DNA of 64,000 bases, from the NCBI RefSeq assembly GCF_006345805.1, contig NC_042999.1, positions 57,722,001 through 57,786,000 of the forward strand, given 5' to 3'. Below the pieces are notes generated by a model that saw nothing but the letters and a program-made list of their open reading frames with translations, ran no database searches and was not told the origin of the DNA. Source of the stretch: Octopus sinensis (taxonomy: Eukaryota). Both the position numbers and the translations under genes were made by a program. Shown here one piece after another: positions 1-12,689 of the stretch (the stretch's first letter is position 1; every line of letters begins with the position of its first letter).

Positions 1-274
1 ATATATATATATATAAAATATAATTAAGATTTTGTTGAATTAGGCACTTAAATTGAGGCACCTTGTTGGGTCGGTATAAGCCGCACACCCAAACAGTATT
101 AAGTGAATACTGAATATCAAAACTCTGTGCATGAGTGTTTGCACCTGATATCCCTGCTGTGTGTGCAGACAACACAACCCAGCTGAGTGAAGAGATCTGA
201 TCTTGGTAGTCCAGACATGTACTTCATATAAAGATACTTTCTATAGTACCTATAGTAAATATATATATATATAT

Positions 275-416
275 ATATTCTTATTTCTGAGTCCCTTTCT
301 GTAGAAGAGTGTAGGCTCAAAACGTAAAAGACATTTTCTATTCCTGAGCGTTATACTAATACATCTATTTGTTTCGTACACCACCTGTCTTCGTCTTCTG
401 TTTTTTCGTAAACTCT

Positions 417-420
<4 letters not shown>
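275..420 (+). mobile_element. Second copy of the short pLTR-like repeat
   Basis: Shares CCCTTTCTGTAGAAGAG...TACACCACCTGTCTTC...CGTAAACTCTCCCTATA with 6033-6222. Confidence 0.5.
295..330 (+). ncRNA. Degenerate copy of the CUGUAGA hammerhead-like motif
   Basis: CTTT-CTGTAGA-A-GAGT GTAG GCTC-AAAA-CGTA-AAAG; same repeat family as 6092-6127, with G12 changed to A. Confidence 0.4.
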
Positions 421-511
<91 letters not shown>

Positions 512-560
512 TAAATAATATATATATATGTATATATATGTACATACATCTATATGTATA

Positions 561-596
<36 letters not shown>

Positions 597-602
597 TACA
601 TC

Positions 603-635
<33 letters not shown>

Positions 636-640
636 GCATA
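419..640. repeat. Compound (TA)n/(TAA)n microsatellite
   Basis: Direct inspection; source of the poly-I/Y/L spurious ORFs. Confidence 0.95.
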
Positions 641-1324
641 TGTGGGTACAGGACCACAAAAATATACGAAGCATGAGTACATGAAACATAAACTATTCTT
701 TCGAACAACGACACAAATGGAAAATAAAAACAACATAAAGAATGACCCCTCATCAGTTGTTGGCTGTTTTTTTAGTCTCATATTTCAAGCATCTAACAAT
801 ATACACTTTCATATATATATATATGCAAGTCACAATATATGGATTGAGCTAATCTGATGGTGCTCATGAAAAAAGCTCCTTAATGTATCATTCTACAAAA
901 CACATAGAATATATAGTATGATACAAAATAAAGCATAAGGAGTGTATAAAATTATAAATCGACATCAGATGTAGAGGATTCGTTGAACACAGTGTGAGGT
1001 GACTGTTGTTGTAGGGCCTAATTCATTGTAAAGCAAATAGCACCATGTGTGATATCCAAACTACAGTGGAAAAGACAAGCCCCTGGTTTTGGTTAAAAAG
1101 AGATGATGAGTAATGGCTAAAAGAATATTAAGCTATATCTAATAACCAGTTGATCTACCAAGCAGGGTCTCATTTCAGTGAGGGGTGCCGGTGTGCAATG
1201 ATGCCATGGAGAGGTAGGCCCTGAAATGGTGCACATTTTCTCCTGATGACCCCATACATTAGCTGGCTTCTGGCATGTGGAGCTTTCGACTGGTAGCACT
1301 TGCATGGGCAAGTTGATTGCAAAA

Positions 1325-1369
<45 letters not shown>

Positions 1370-1697
1370 CATTTGTAGAAAACATAAATCCAGAGAAGAA
1401 GCACACTCTAAGATGCAGAGCAGTGTATATTTAATATATATATTATATATATATATATATATATAACAATAATAATATTAGAGAGTATAACTCCAAACTT
1501 ACAGGGAAAGTGTTTTTACTTATTATATTATATTTATCATTCATTTTATACTTTTTGGAAAAATTAAAATATATATATAAATATATAAAAATTTATATAT
1601 TATATATTATATTAATTATATATATTACTTGTTATTTATGTATTGGTTTATGTCTATCACTGTTTGAGTTGCATAATAGTGGTTTTATCTCTAATTC

Positions 1698-1733
<36 letters not shown>

Positions 1734-1968
1734 AATTTGAAAAGTGTCCTGGGAACTCTGAAAGTTCATCTCATGGTTGATCATAATAATTACTGTGATC
1801 AATTGCAATATGGAATTTTCAAGCTCCAAAGTTTGTAATGATTCTTTTCAGCTTAATTAATAAATATTCTCTACTCTGCTATAAGCTGAAATTGAATTCT
1901 TTAATTGAATTCTCCTGAACAAACATATCCTTATATATATGCAAGTTATAGCTGTAAACTAGACTTAC

Positions 1969-2141
1969 CATGAGCGAAATCATCTTTGAAGGTGACATTG
2001 CCTTTTTCAATGACGTCAGTAAAGGACGGCCAACCACACCCTGAGTGAAACTTGGTATCAGAAGCAAAAAGTTTATTCCCACACACAACACATGTGAATA
2101 TTCCTTCTTCATTCCAACTAAGAAATTTGCCAGAGTAGGCC
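1969..2141 (-). CDS. MsrB: MsrB internal coding exon (173 nt)
   Basis: Acceptor TTTCTTTCTCTTTACTAG| at 2142/2141 completes the Arg codon (AG|G) from the upstream exon. Reads AYSGKFLSWNEEGIFTCVVCGNKLFASDTKFHSGCGWPSFTDVIEKGNVTFKDDFAH-G with the Zn-binding CxxC and the GCGWPSF motif. Donor G|GTAAGT at 1969/1968. Remaining exons (second CxxC, GHLGHVF, RYCINS) were not found in 1-1968. Confidence 0.95.
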
Positions 2142-3104
2142 CTAGTAAAGAGAAAGAAATACAACACTTAAATACTTAGAAACCAGAACAACAAAATGTC
2201 AATGAAAAAAAATTCCATTTTTTTTTTTTTTACCAAATCCTTTACAATTTTTTTATATATTTCATATCCTTATTTTTTGCATCAAAGTCAACTTCAAGAT
2301 CAGTCCAACCTGTTTCTCAACTCAATGAAAACTTAAACATTTTGCCGTCTATAGTCACAATTTTGCATCCTTTGTGTTCCATCTATAAATCTTTGTGAGT
2401 ACATAGTACAATAGACAAGTAAGTTATAAAGAGTAGCAATAACATCCCAGCTAGAATCATTATCCATATCCTGAATGTTGAGTGTCAATTTTTGTTATCT
2501 TCCCCTTCTCTTCAAGATGATATTTACATCTTATTGACTCATTGGTTGTCACACCCAAATAATCATCTAGAAATGTCACCAGGAAGTAACCCAGGAAGAA
2601 GCTTTTCTGGTTAAAAAGGGAGATATTTATATGTGTTCTACATTGGACAAAATTCATATAGTTTATAAATATCTTCAGTAATGTATAAGTCAACCCAAAA
2701 ACAAGTTGATATTTCTCTATCTCCTCGTATCCAATATCTTGATATCAGCAGCAAATTAACTTAGAATCAGAAATTATTTTCAGAGGATAAAGGAATAAGT
2801 CTGTTGCTTCTATTATAGCACTATTTTGGAAGGAGGAGTATCGTAGAGACAGCATTTAGAGCATTTTTATTTTGAATTAAAGAACTAAGTGAAACAAAAA
2901 AATAAAAAATGAATGAAATATTTCTGGATTCAACATCATCTACACTTTAATATCAAATTTTTCATGTAAGCAATGGATGAGATAGATCTCTCTCTGTACA
3001 TCGTAATCTTATTTCTATATATGTTGAATATTTCTGATTTCATATATCATTATATATCCTGATTATTTCTGATCTCAAATATTTATATCTATCTATCAAT
3101 ATAT

Positions 3105-3730
3105 ATATCATCATCATCATCATTGTTTAACATCTGTTTTCCATGCTAGCATGGGTTGGACGGTTTGACCGGGGTCTGGGAAGCACCAGGCTCCAGTCTG
3201 ATCTGGCAGTGTTTCTACAGCTGGATGCCCTTCCTAACGCCAACCACTCCATGAGTGTAGTGGGTGCTTTTTATGTGCCACTGGCACAGGTGCCAGGGGA
3301 GGCTGGCAACAGCCACGATCGGCTGGTGCTTTTTATGTGCCACTGGCATGGAAGGCAGTCAAGGCGGCGCTGGCATCGGCCATGTATGGATGGTGCATTT
3401 TACATACCACCGGCACAAGTATCACGACTACAATTTCCATTTGATATTTATTTTGATGTTGATGTACTTGACTCAATAGGTCTCCTCAAGCACAGCAGGT
3501 CATGTGCCACCGGCACAGAAGCCAGTCAAGGTAGCACTGGCATCAGCCACGTTCGGATGGTGCTTTTTACGTGTCACAGGCACAGGTATCACAACTACAA
3601 TTTCCATTTGATTTTTTGATGTTGATAGTGATGTACTTGACTCAATAGGTCTCCTCAAGGACAGCAGGTTACCCTATGATCAAAGGTAAGTTCAGCAGGC
3701 CGTCCTGCGATCCAAGGCACTTTGGAAGGG
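3105..3730 (-). mobile_element. RTE 3' UTR fragment with internal duplication
   Basis: (CAT)n tail, GGATGCCCTTCCTAACGCCAACCACTCC motif, repeated GTGCC-GGCAC modules; an approximately 75-bp block is duplicated near 3420 and 3587. Confidence 0.8.
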
Positions 3731-3894
3731 CTGGGGCTTCTAATTTTTTTTCTAGTTTGAATATTTAATGCTCTGTACATCAAATATATTAACTGTGCAT
3801 TCAGAGTTCCAGTCATGTCTCCTCTCTTTGGAAGCTTAAAAAGATTTTTAAATGTTTATTCTTCCGACTGGAGTTGTGATTAATGGATAGTATC

Positions 3895-4320
3895 AACAGG
3901 TCTTCACAGGTAGAGTTTAGTGTCCAATGAAGGAAAAGTATGCATAAGTGGGCTGGTTACACCCCTGGCATAGGCCACAGGTTATGGTCTCATTTGGCTT
4001 GCTGGGTCTTCTCAAGCACAGCATATTTCCAAAAGTCTCGGTCACTAGTCATTTCCTTGGTGAGGCCTAATGTTCAAAGGTCGTGCTTCACCACTTGATC
4101 CCAGGTCTTCCTGGGTCTCTATCCACATCCATTCTCACCACATGACCATACCAGCGCAGTTGTCTCTCTTGCACACCACATCTGATGCTTCTTAGGTCCA
4201 ACTTTTCTCTCAAGGTACTTACACTCTGTCGAGTATGCACGCTGACATTACACATCCATTGGATCATACTGGATTCATTCCTTGTGAGCTTATGCATGTC
4301 CTCAGCAGTCATGGCCCATA
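3895..4320 (-). mobile_element. RTE ORF C-terminal fragment
   Basis: MTAEDMHKLTRNESSMIQWMCNV...RQLRWYGHVVRMD (4088-4312). Confidence 0.85.
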
Positions 4321-6032
4321 CTTTATTTTATTGACCCCAGAAGAATGAAAGGCTAAGCTGGACTTGGCAGGACTTGAACCCAGGATATAGATGGAAATCA
4401 ATCCATCACTCTACTGACTTTGCCATGAAAGTGCACGGCCTTGTGGTTAGGGTGTTCAGCTTATAATCATTAAGGCTGTAAGATCAATTCCTGAATCTGG
4501 TAGCATGTGTTCTGGAGCATTTCACATTCTCCCCTCAAATATTACTAAAGTCACAGAAAACCATGAACACCACCACATCAAATAGCTGTATAAATTTTAA
4601 ATATATCATTTTCAAACTAGTTATTACTATTGTCTCAATGGTCCTGTTTGTAAAGGCATACAGACATAGCAACACATATACCCCTTGCAAGACATAGCAA
4701 CACATATACCCCTTGCACAAAGGATCAATCTTGGCCTATGGCCTATACTGATTGTGTTTTTTTTCTTCCCCCTTTTAACACATCTCTAGAGAAAAATAAA
4801 ACTAAATGAGATCATATCACTAATCCCTACCTGAGACTGAAACCTCCATCTACCCCACTGTCTTGTCTGTCACCAGACACCCTTATCCACTGGGCCACAG
4901 GGCCAGTAATACTACTTATACAAAATATGGGATATTTAAATCTATTCTAATGATTGGTTATTGATTACATTAGTCTGATAGGTTTAAATACATCATTTTC
5001 AAACTAGTTATTGCTGTTGTCTCAATGGTCCCATGGGTGGAGACAATAGCAAGCAATATAGAAGCATCCTGATACAGAGTTCAATCTTGTCCCTAGGCAT
5101 GCACTGAAGGGTGTTTTTTTTTTTGCAGTTGAGTGGGGCTGACCTGGGGTACCTTCTAGAAGGTTTTAGTTAAATAAATCGATCCCTGTAATTATTTTTT
5201 TCAAGGCTGGTCCTTATTCTATCAGCCTCTTTCACTGAATCATTAAATCCAAGTAAAAATTATCCACCCCCTTCTTTTTCTCCTCCTATCTAACTAGATA
5301 GAAAACATGTAAATATTTAATAAAACTCTTTTATAATACTTGGCAGAGATTGAAACCCTCCACCTCAACATATGCCTCTGCTTATAAAGCACCTTTACCC
5401 ACAATATATATATATGTGATATTGATTATTGCTAAAAACACACCTCTCTCTACATATTGACTATTTCTGATACTACATCTCTCCATATATCTTGGTTATT
5501 TCTGAAACCCCAAATTTTAACTTATCTACATATTTCCATAACATGTTTGGACCCATCTATAACCAATGTACCCTTTGCCTTCAACCAACCTTTACATTTC
5601 TTTTGTACCTAGCATGTAATCAAGCCAATGAAAAAATAAGAATATGGTCACTAAACCTGCTAGAAATAACAACAAAATCTTCTCCAAATTACAGCAAAAA
5701 AAAATAGAAGAGTAATAGCTGAAATGCCTTTGTTCATTTGACTGTAAGATTAGAACCAACTAAGAGCTAAATAATGACAATTCAACATGTATCTTCTACT
5801 CATGTAGCACAGTCAAACTAGTGAAGATGTTTATCATATAAACATTGGCTACTGTCATTGATGTTCCACTACCTTCTCAGCTGATTTGTCTTCAATTTTT
5901 CTTGTTAACAATGAACATTCAACAGATCATCAGAGAATTCTAAGCAACAGACGAATGTCACTTGTAAGTCTTCATCTCAGTTTTTAACAACTGGAATATT
6001 CCTAAGAAGCACTTGTATATATATATATATGC

Positions 6033-6216
6033 CATGATAGATCGTTAGCCACTACACACATTTTTTTTCTCTCCTTGTTTTTTCTATGTCCCTTTCTGTA
6101 GAAGAGCATAGGCTCGAAACGTAAAAGACTTTTTTCTGTTCTTGAGCATTACACTAATACATCTGTTTGTTTTGTACACCACCTGTCTTCATCTTTTGTT
6201 TTTTTCGTAAACTCTC

Positions 6217-6222
<6 letters not shown>
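6033..6222 (+). mobile_element. Short Penelope pLTR-like repeat with hammerhead-like motif
   Basis: High similarity to 275-420; bounded by (TA)n; carries the CUGUAGA motif. The Penelope assignment is inferred from architecture. Confidence 0.5.
6092..6127 (+). ncRNA. Hammerhead-like motif with variant core CUGUAGA
   Basis: CTTT-CTGTAGA-A-GAGC ATAG GCTC-GAAA-CG-T-A-AAAG: stems I and II pair perfectly and stem III is the palindromic ACGU type; core position 6 is U rather than A. Confidence 0.5.
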
Positions 6223-6272
<50 letters not shown>

Positions 6273-6765
6273 TACATATATGTAGCTAAAAGTGAACAAA
6301 AAGTCACCAAAAGTGGTATCATAACACCTGATATCCCCACTCCATACACATGTATATCATGACTTATACACTTTCCTGACTTTTCTATATAACTCTATGT
6401 ACTGTACATGCACCTTTGATGAGTTGTAGTGCACCTGAGCATTATACACAATTATTTCATTATTATTATTATTATTATTTTAAATGGGAAGAAAAATCTG
6501 TCTAAAAATCTTTCAGTAATGCTGTATTTAAAAGTTAATGTCCTCAGTGATGATCACAATTTGACACAAACTTCAAGCAGACCTTTTATAATCATGTTAA
6601 TGTATTTTAAAGTCTGTCTACCTCTAGATGGAAAGAGGTGATAAAATATTTTAAATGGAAGAATGATGCTCCAGCAAAGATTTTGTATGAGGTATAGCTA
6701 TGGATGTATATCATAATTAATTATGAGGTAAAATCATATACATATATATATATGCACACACACAC

Positions 6766-6806
<41 letters not shown>

Positions 6807-7934
6807 ACTACCTTGGATATCCTAGTTGCTTATTTTAATTATAATTACCCCATTTGATTTATATGGGTAATACCATACAAAATTCTGGTGCCTTTAACTT
6901 AAGTACCATAGTCATCCGAATCTATATATATAATATAATCATTTAAAGTTCATGTTTCATACCAGCATGGGTTGGATGGTTTGATGGGCCCAAGGATTGC
7001 AAAATGCTCCAGTGTTTGTCTTGACATGGTTTCTACAGCTGGCTGTCTTTCCAAATGCTAACCACTTTACACCATGTACTAGGTGCTTTTATCATGCCAC
7101 TCACACTAGTAAGGCCACCATGCAGTTTATAAGACTATGAACCCCGAGAAGGTAACTTTTTTCTACAAGATGAAGGGTAAAAGTATGACGGAAGGAACCA
7201 GAGCAGAACAGGTTTCTTGCTGCAGTGAAGTTACATGACTATTCACATTTTAGATGAGAGGGTGAGAGTGATCCAGTGGAGCTGGGAAGAGATAAAAAGA
7301 TAATGGTGACGAGGTGTCAGTGTGGACCTTCAAAATACAAAGTAGGTAGAAATGATTAAAGGAGGGGGACCAGGAAATGAATGATAGTGCAGAAGGATAA
7401 AATAGTAATGATGAAACAGTAGACAAGAGAAGGATGAAATAAGGATGATGTTCAGTAGCTTGCAGGAGTGGATAGGGAAGAGATAGGCTGGCATAGTGCA
7501 CAAGAGGGGTGAAGGAAGAGGGATATTTTAGCGGCTTAGTGAGTGGGAGTGATCATTGATAGTGTGGGTGGAGTATTAATTAATGAAGAGTGGATAACAA
7601 ATGAAATGGTTCTGGGTCATAGAAAAACTTGATTTATACCTTTAGCAGACCTTTCTATGACATGTCACTATAGAGATATGTCTGACAGTCCCTTCTATGA
7701 TATATAACCATAGATATATGTTTTTCTTGGTCATTCTATGTATATAGTTATAGATATGTACTCATATTAGTCTCTTCTCAATAGTTTTGAGGGATATGTT
7801 GCACATCCATCATCATGCCAATACAAGTGCAAGTTGCAAAGGCTGTACCATCATTATTTACAATGTGACTAGCTGTACATAGGTATACATCAGTATAGCT
7901 ACATAGCTATGGCTATTCTTTTATTCTTTTACCA

Positions 7935-8255
7935 GGACTCATTCTTTGTAAGCCTAGTACTTATTCTATCAGTCTCTTCTACTGAACCATTAGGTTATGG
8001 GAACATAAACAGACCAACACTGTTGTCAAGTGGTGATGGGGGTACAAACACAGACACAAAGATGCACACACACACACACACACACATAAATATATGCATA
8101 TACATGTCAAGCTTCTTTCAGTTTCCGCCTACCAAATCCACTCACAAGGCTTTGGTCAGCCTGACGCTGTAGTAGAAGACACTTGCCCAACATGCCATGC
8201 AGTGGGACTGGGCCCAGAACCATGTGGTTGGGAAGCAATCTTCTTACCACTCATA
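7935..8255 (-). mobile_element. Family A SINE (partial)
   Basis: Head and most of the tail recognisable; located 0.5 kb from the MsrB donor. Confidence 0.75.
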
Positions 8256-8733
8256 ACTGTCATTATTTACACCATGATTGGCTAATTAGCTATGAGACAA
8301 AGCCAAAGATACAGATCCTTTTGAGTTCTTTCTAATTCCTCATGGCAAACTTTGCCCCGCCACAGAAAACATGAGTAGTCAAGTCAAAGCGGTGACTAGG
8401 AATCCTGTCAAAGATCCTGTAAAGTATCTATAGCTAAAGACACTTAACTATCAAATGGCCAAGTTTATTTGGTTGTAAATGGGTACAGTGAGATACTAAT
8501 AACTGACTGCTGTAAACAGCAAGAATATTGTAAAACCAATGAATGTCCTGTTAGTTTGTAGTGTTGAGGTTGGATAAAGTGGGCTTCACTAATCTAACCG
8601 GTTCTGATATGAGATGCCAAAATAAAGTTTTCATTAGTTGCTTTTCCTACCAGCTATGGATTATTAGATTTACCAATGCCACAAAATTAACTTTCAAATA
8701 CTCTATATAAACAATTAAAATATCAAAACATAC

Positions 8734-8912
8734 CTCTCTGTGCCCTTCTCCTGAGTGACCCGATACTGTACAGAAGAAAGTTTTTCTTTCAGTTCTTCTT
8801 TGGAATATGTGACAGGGCACGTACCGCTCGCAGAGTCCTGACATGATGCCTGTAGTTTCTTGAGAGCAGGCGAACTTTCCCGCTTAGCAGTGATAGTATG
8901 CAACAAGTTCAT
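8734..8912 (-). CDS. MsrB: MsrB (methionine-R-sulfoxide reductase, MsrB3-like), first coding exon segment
   Basis: Translates MNLLHTITAKRESSPALKKLQASCQDSASGTCPVTYSKEELKEKLSSVQYRVTQEKGTE-R; the ELKEKLS-x2-QY-x-VTQEKGTE motif is the SelR/MsrB N-terminus. Donor AG|GTATGT at 8734/8733 (phase 2). Acceptor TTTTTGTTTATAG| at 8944/8943 is followed by in-frame TAA TGA (8939-8934), so ATG 8912 is the first usable in-frame start; the start assignment is less certain than the domain. Confidence 0.9.
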
Positions 8913-8937
8913 GCAGCCAAGGAGTAGCAATTTTCAT
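8884..8937 (-). promoter_or_regulatory. Upstream ORF (17 aa) overlapping the MsrB start codon out of frame
   Basis: ATG 8937-8935 reads MKIATPWLHELVAYYHC, TAA 8886-8884. It lies inside the predicted exon and spans the MsrB ATG at 8912. Confidence 0.5.
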
Positions 8938-10458
8938 TAGCACCTATAAACAAAAAGCAACTTATCTTAATCATAGTTGGAATTACATAATTACATAAAC
9001 AGATATAAAAGCAACAAATATAGTTACATTTAATGTTCATCACTGAATTTTTCCTTTTTTTTCTCACTATTTAAGTCTTTGGACGGTGATTATGCTCATG
9101 TTTGTTTGTTTGTTTGTTTTTTGTTTTTTCTTAATTGATTATATTGACCCATCATTCTTAGAAAAATATGAAAATATACATTGACAAATGGGGAAAAGAT
9201 AACTCAGTAGGAGATGAATACAGCAGGGTATTTCAGACTGTTTGTACCTTGCGTAGTTAAGAAATTCACTTCCCAACATCAGGGTTTTGGGTTCAGTTCC
9301 ACTGTGCAGTATCTTAGGCAAGTGACTTCTATTATAACCCTGGGCTGATCAGAGCTTTGTGAATGGATTTGGTAGGTGGAAACTGAAAGAAATTCAGCAT
9401 ATATATGTGTGCTTGTTCACATATTCTTGAAATATTACAAGCTATAAGCAATGACAGTTTGTCCTTTCTCCTATCAACAAATCAGTAGGCTGCAGACATA
9501 AGAAATGTCTTACTTGAAAAATGAGTAAGGTTTCATGACAGGAAGGGTATCTAGCTGTGAAACAATGTCTCAATAATACACTCATCTAACCCATGCAAAT
9601 ATGGAAAATGAATGAGGGGCTCTATACAGTTTTGCCAACCGCATTTCTTTCACAAAGTATCAATTAACCAGAGGCGATGGTAAAAGACCTTGTCCAAAAT
9701 GCTGCATAATGGGATCAAATCCAGAACCACATGCTTTATGAAGTGAACTTCTCAACCAAACAGCTATGAATACAATCAGAAGCAACAGTTGACCCCATAT
9801 TAGCCAAAATGGTTGCAATTAGAAGTAGGGTATGATGGTAATAGTTCAAAATATTCCTGCAATGCCAAGATAAATAAAAAAAAAAAACCTACAAAATTAA
9901 TAAGAAATTAGTCAATGAATATAATATTTACATAGCTAACAAAACTAGTACTGCAACTTTAGGTTGAGTAAAAGATGATATTAAGTCTAGAGTTTGAGAA
10001 GATGCTGCTAAAGGATAAAAGGTATCTATAAATAGGAATTACTAGGGTACCAGTATAGTGTGAGTAATATATAAATATATCAAAGATGAACAACAAAAAC
10101 TCTGAAATTTAATAATATACATTGGGTCATCCCATAAATATTATTTATGGGATGACCCATTTGTATTGTAACAAATTAAAACAAAAGTTAGGATAAAGGT
10201 GTGTGTGTATAAACACACACACGCACACACACACACACACACACACGCACATATATATAAAATAATTAAAGAGGAATGTAAAATACATTATGAAGGATAT
10301 ATCGTAAACAATTCATAAGTATTTACGAATATATCAATATATATCATGCTGGAATGGGTTAGACAGTTTAACTGGAACTGGGAAGCTGGAGAGCTGTATC
10401 AGGTTCCAATCTGATTTGGCATGGTTTCTACAGTTTGATGCCCTTCCTAATGCCAACC

Positions 10459-10492
<34 letters not shown>

Positions 10493-11867
10493 CAGACAGA
10501 TTAAAGCAGAAATTTTTAAATGGCTATCATGACAACTACTTGACAAAAGGAAATAATTCTCTATGAATGTACGTAGTATTTAACGGTATTTTACAGTACT
10601 AACACTTATATCTAAGCATGTGATAAGTATTTTAGTCTAAATTGCTCTAGTAGACAATATTAGAGCTATCGATATCTGAAAGAAATTGTGTTGTTTATAA
10701 ATATACCTGAGTGTAATCTTATTACAGCTCATACTTCTTGTTAGTAACCAATTTTAGTTTTTGTACAACTCAAATTCATTGCAGGTTGAACAGAACTAAG
10801 AACTGAATTTAAACAAAGCAAACTTCCAAAAATCAATGGTGGAGCAGGTGGGGTGGGGTATCCTTTATGCTTTGTAATCATTTAAAACAGAATTAGGACT
10901 CCTTAGGTTAATGTACCAGATCAGAAACTTCAGTAAGCATTCAAAAACAGGAAAAACAGTGGTCGCAAATCTTTTGTCGTTTGATGTAGGGCATGACGAT
11001 AATGGTTCAAAATATACCAGCAGTTCTAAGATTGAGTCAAAATTTTAAAAATCCTAGAAAATTAATAAGAAATTAGTCAATGAATGTAATATTTACATGG
11101 CTAGCAAAACTAGTACTGCAACTTTAGGTCAAGTTAGAAATAATAAGCCTAGGGTTTGAGGAGATGTTACTAAAGGAAGGAATCTATAAATATGAATTAC
11201 TAGGGTATCTGTATAGTGTTGGTAATAAACAAATAAATATGCTGAGTCAGATCCATATGTAGTTAGTCTTTGCAGTGAAATTAGACACACATGTTAATTT
11301 CTGGTAGATTGGGATGGGGAACACACAAGCAGTTTTGTGAGCCTAATGTCACGACAAGACTAAATACATAAAGATGATTTCATATATTTAATTATTTATA
11401 ACACACACTGCATTGACAATACTGTAGCCTCTGTCAGCTGTCAACCCTGTTCTGTAATGTAAATGAGTTGAACCATTTTTAGTGAGTAATCTCCTGCTTT
11501 GTTATGTTGGTTAAGAGGAGGCACATGAATACTGGGGATAGTTAAATAGCATTGTTAAACACCTGAATCTTAAAAGAGAAACTATCTTGAAGCAAATTGC
11601 CAAGTTCTTCACTGAATACCTCAAAGCAAAATTCTTAAAAATTGTGACAATGCAATAATCATTTTACTGTACAAAAAGGGAGAGAGAGAATACCTAACAA
11701 ACTATTGAGCTGTAATCCATATCAAGTGTCACATACAAGATATCTACAAAAATCACACCAAACAGAATTTCTAAACAAATGGAAAAAATAAAAAAACAGT
11801 CGTATGGCAAGCAGGATTTGATGCAGTTTTTCAACTACTGATAATCTACATGCAATGAACCAACTAA

Positions 11868-11918
<51 letters not shown>

Positions 11919-11922
<4 letters not shown>

Positions 11923-12148
11923 CTTTACTACCCACAAGGGGCTAAACACAGAGGGGACAAACAAGGACAGACAAATGGATTATGTCGATTATATCGACCC
12001 CAGTGCGTAACTGGTACTTAATTTATCGACCCTGAAAAGATGAAAGGCAAAGTCGACTTCGGCAGAATTTGAACTTAGAAGGTAACGGCAGACGAAATAC
12101 GGCTACGCATTTCACCCGGTGCGCTAACGTTTCTGCCAGCTCGCCGCC
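11919..12148 (-). mobile_element. Family B SINE
   Basis: Colinear with 24697-24927. Confidence 0.9.
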
Positions 12149-12534
12149 CTATACATATATATATATATCCTCACTCTCTCTCACATTTCTCTAGCTTTCT
12201 CACTTTGCACCTCACTGATTCTGTCGCCAAGCCAATCCTTGGCTCGCTCTTTCTTCTCCCCTCTTTAATTCCTTCTTTCTCTCTCTTCTCCCCCCTTTGG
12301 TGCCTTTGTCCCTCTTTTTCTCTCTCTCTTTGATTCCTTTGCCCCCTTTTTTTCTCTCTCTTCTCCTCTCACATGACAGCTGGTCAACCAGCCTTTCGGC
12401 TTCTGACAAGCGCCACGAGAACACCGTTTTCTTCTTCGTCTGCCGATAAAGGCATTTTTTTCCAAATACGCCAGCTAAGCTAAGTTGTATTTGTCTATAG
12501 TCGTAAGACACCTGCTGTTTTTGTCCTGTTGTTA

Positions 12535-12574
<40 letters not shown>

Positions 12575-12689
12575 CATTCTGTTTTGCATAGCCTTCATGG
12601 ACTACTAAAAAATATTGAATACTGTACAATAACAGTAGTGATGACAGCCACAACAAAGGTGTAGAACCAGAATATTTCAATATCTTAAA

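Noticed and set aside
250-857. Hydrophobic poly-I/Y/L ORFs (also at 12212, 29652, 48151, 51631, 60483, 63010)
   Set aside because: Translations of (TA)n, (TAA)n, (CA)n or (GA)n microsatellites and SINEs.
1-1968. Downstream MsrB exons
   Set aside because: No GHLGHVF or RYCINS-type sequence in minus-strand frames; ORFs at 117-320 and 1117-1311 are unrelated.
12385-12425. Further hammerhead candidate CTGACAA-GCGCCACGA-GAAC
   Set aside because: Two core mismatches and no stem I pairing.
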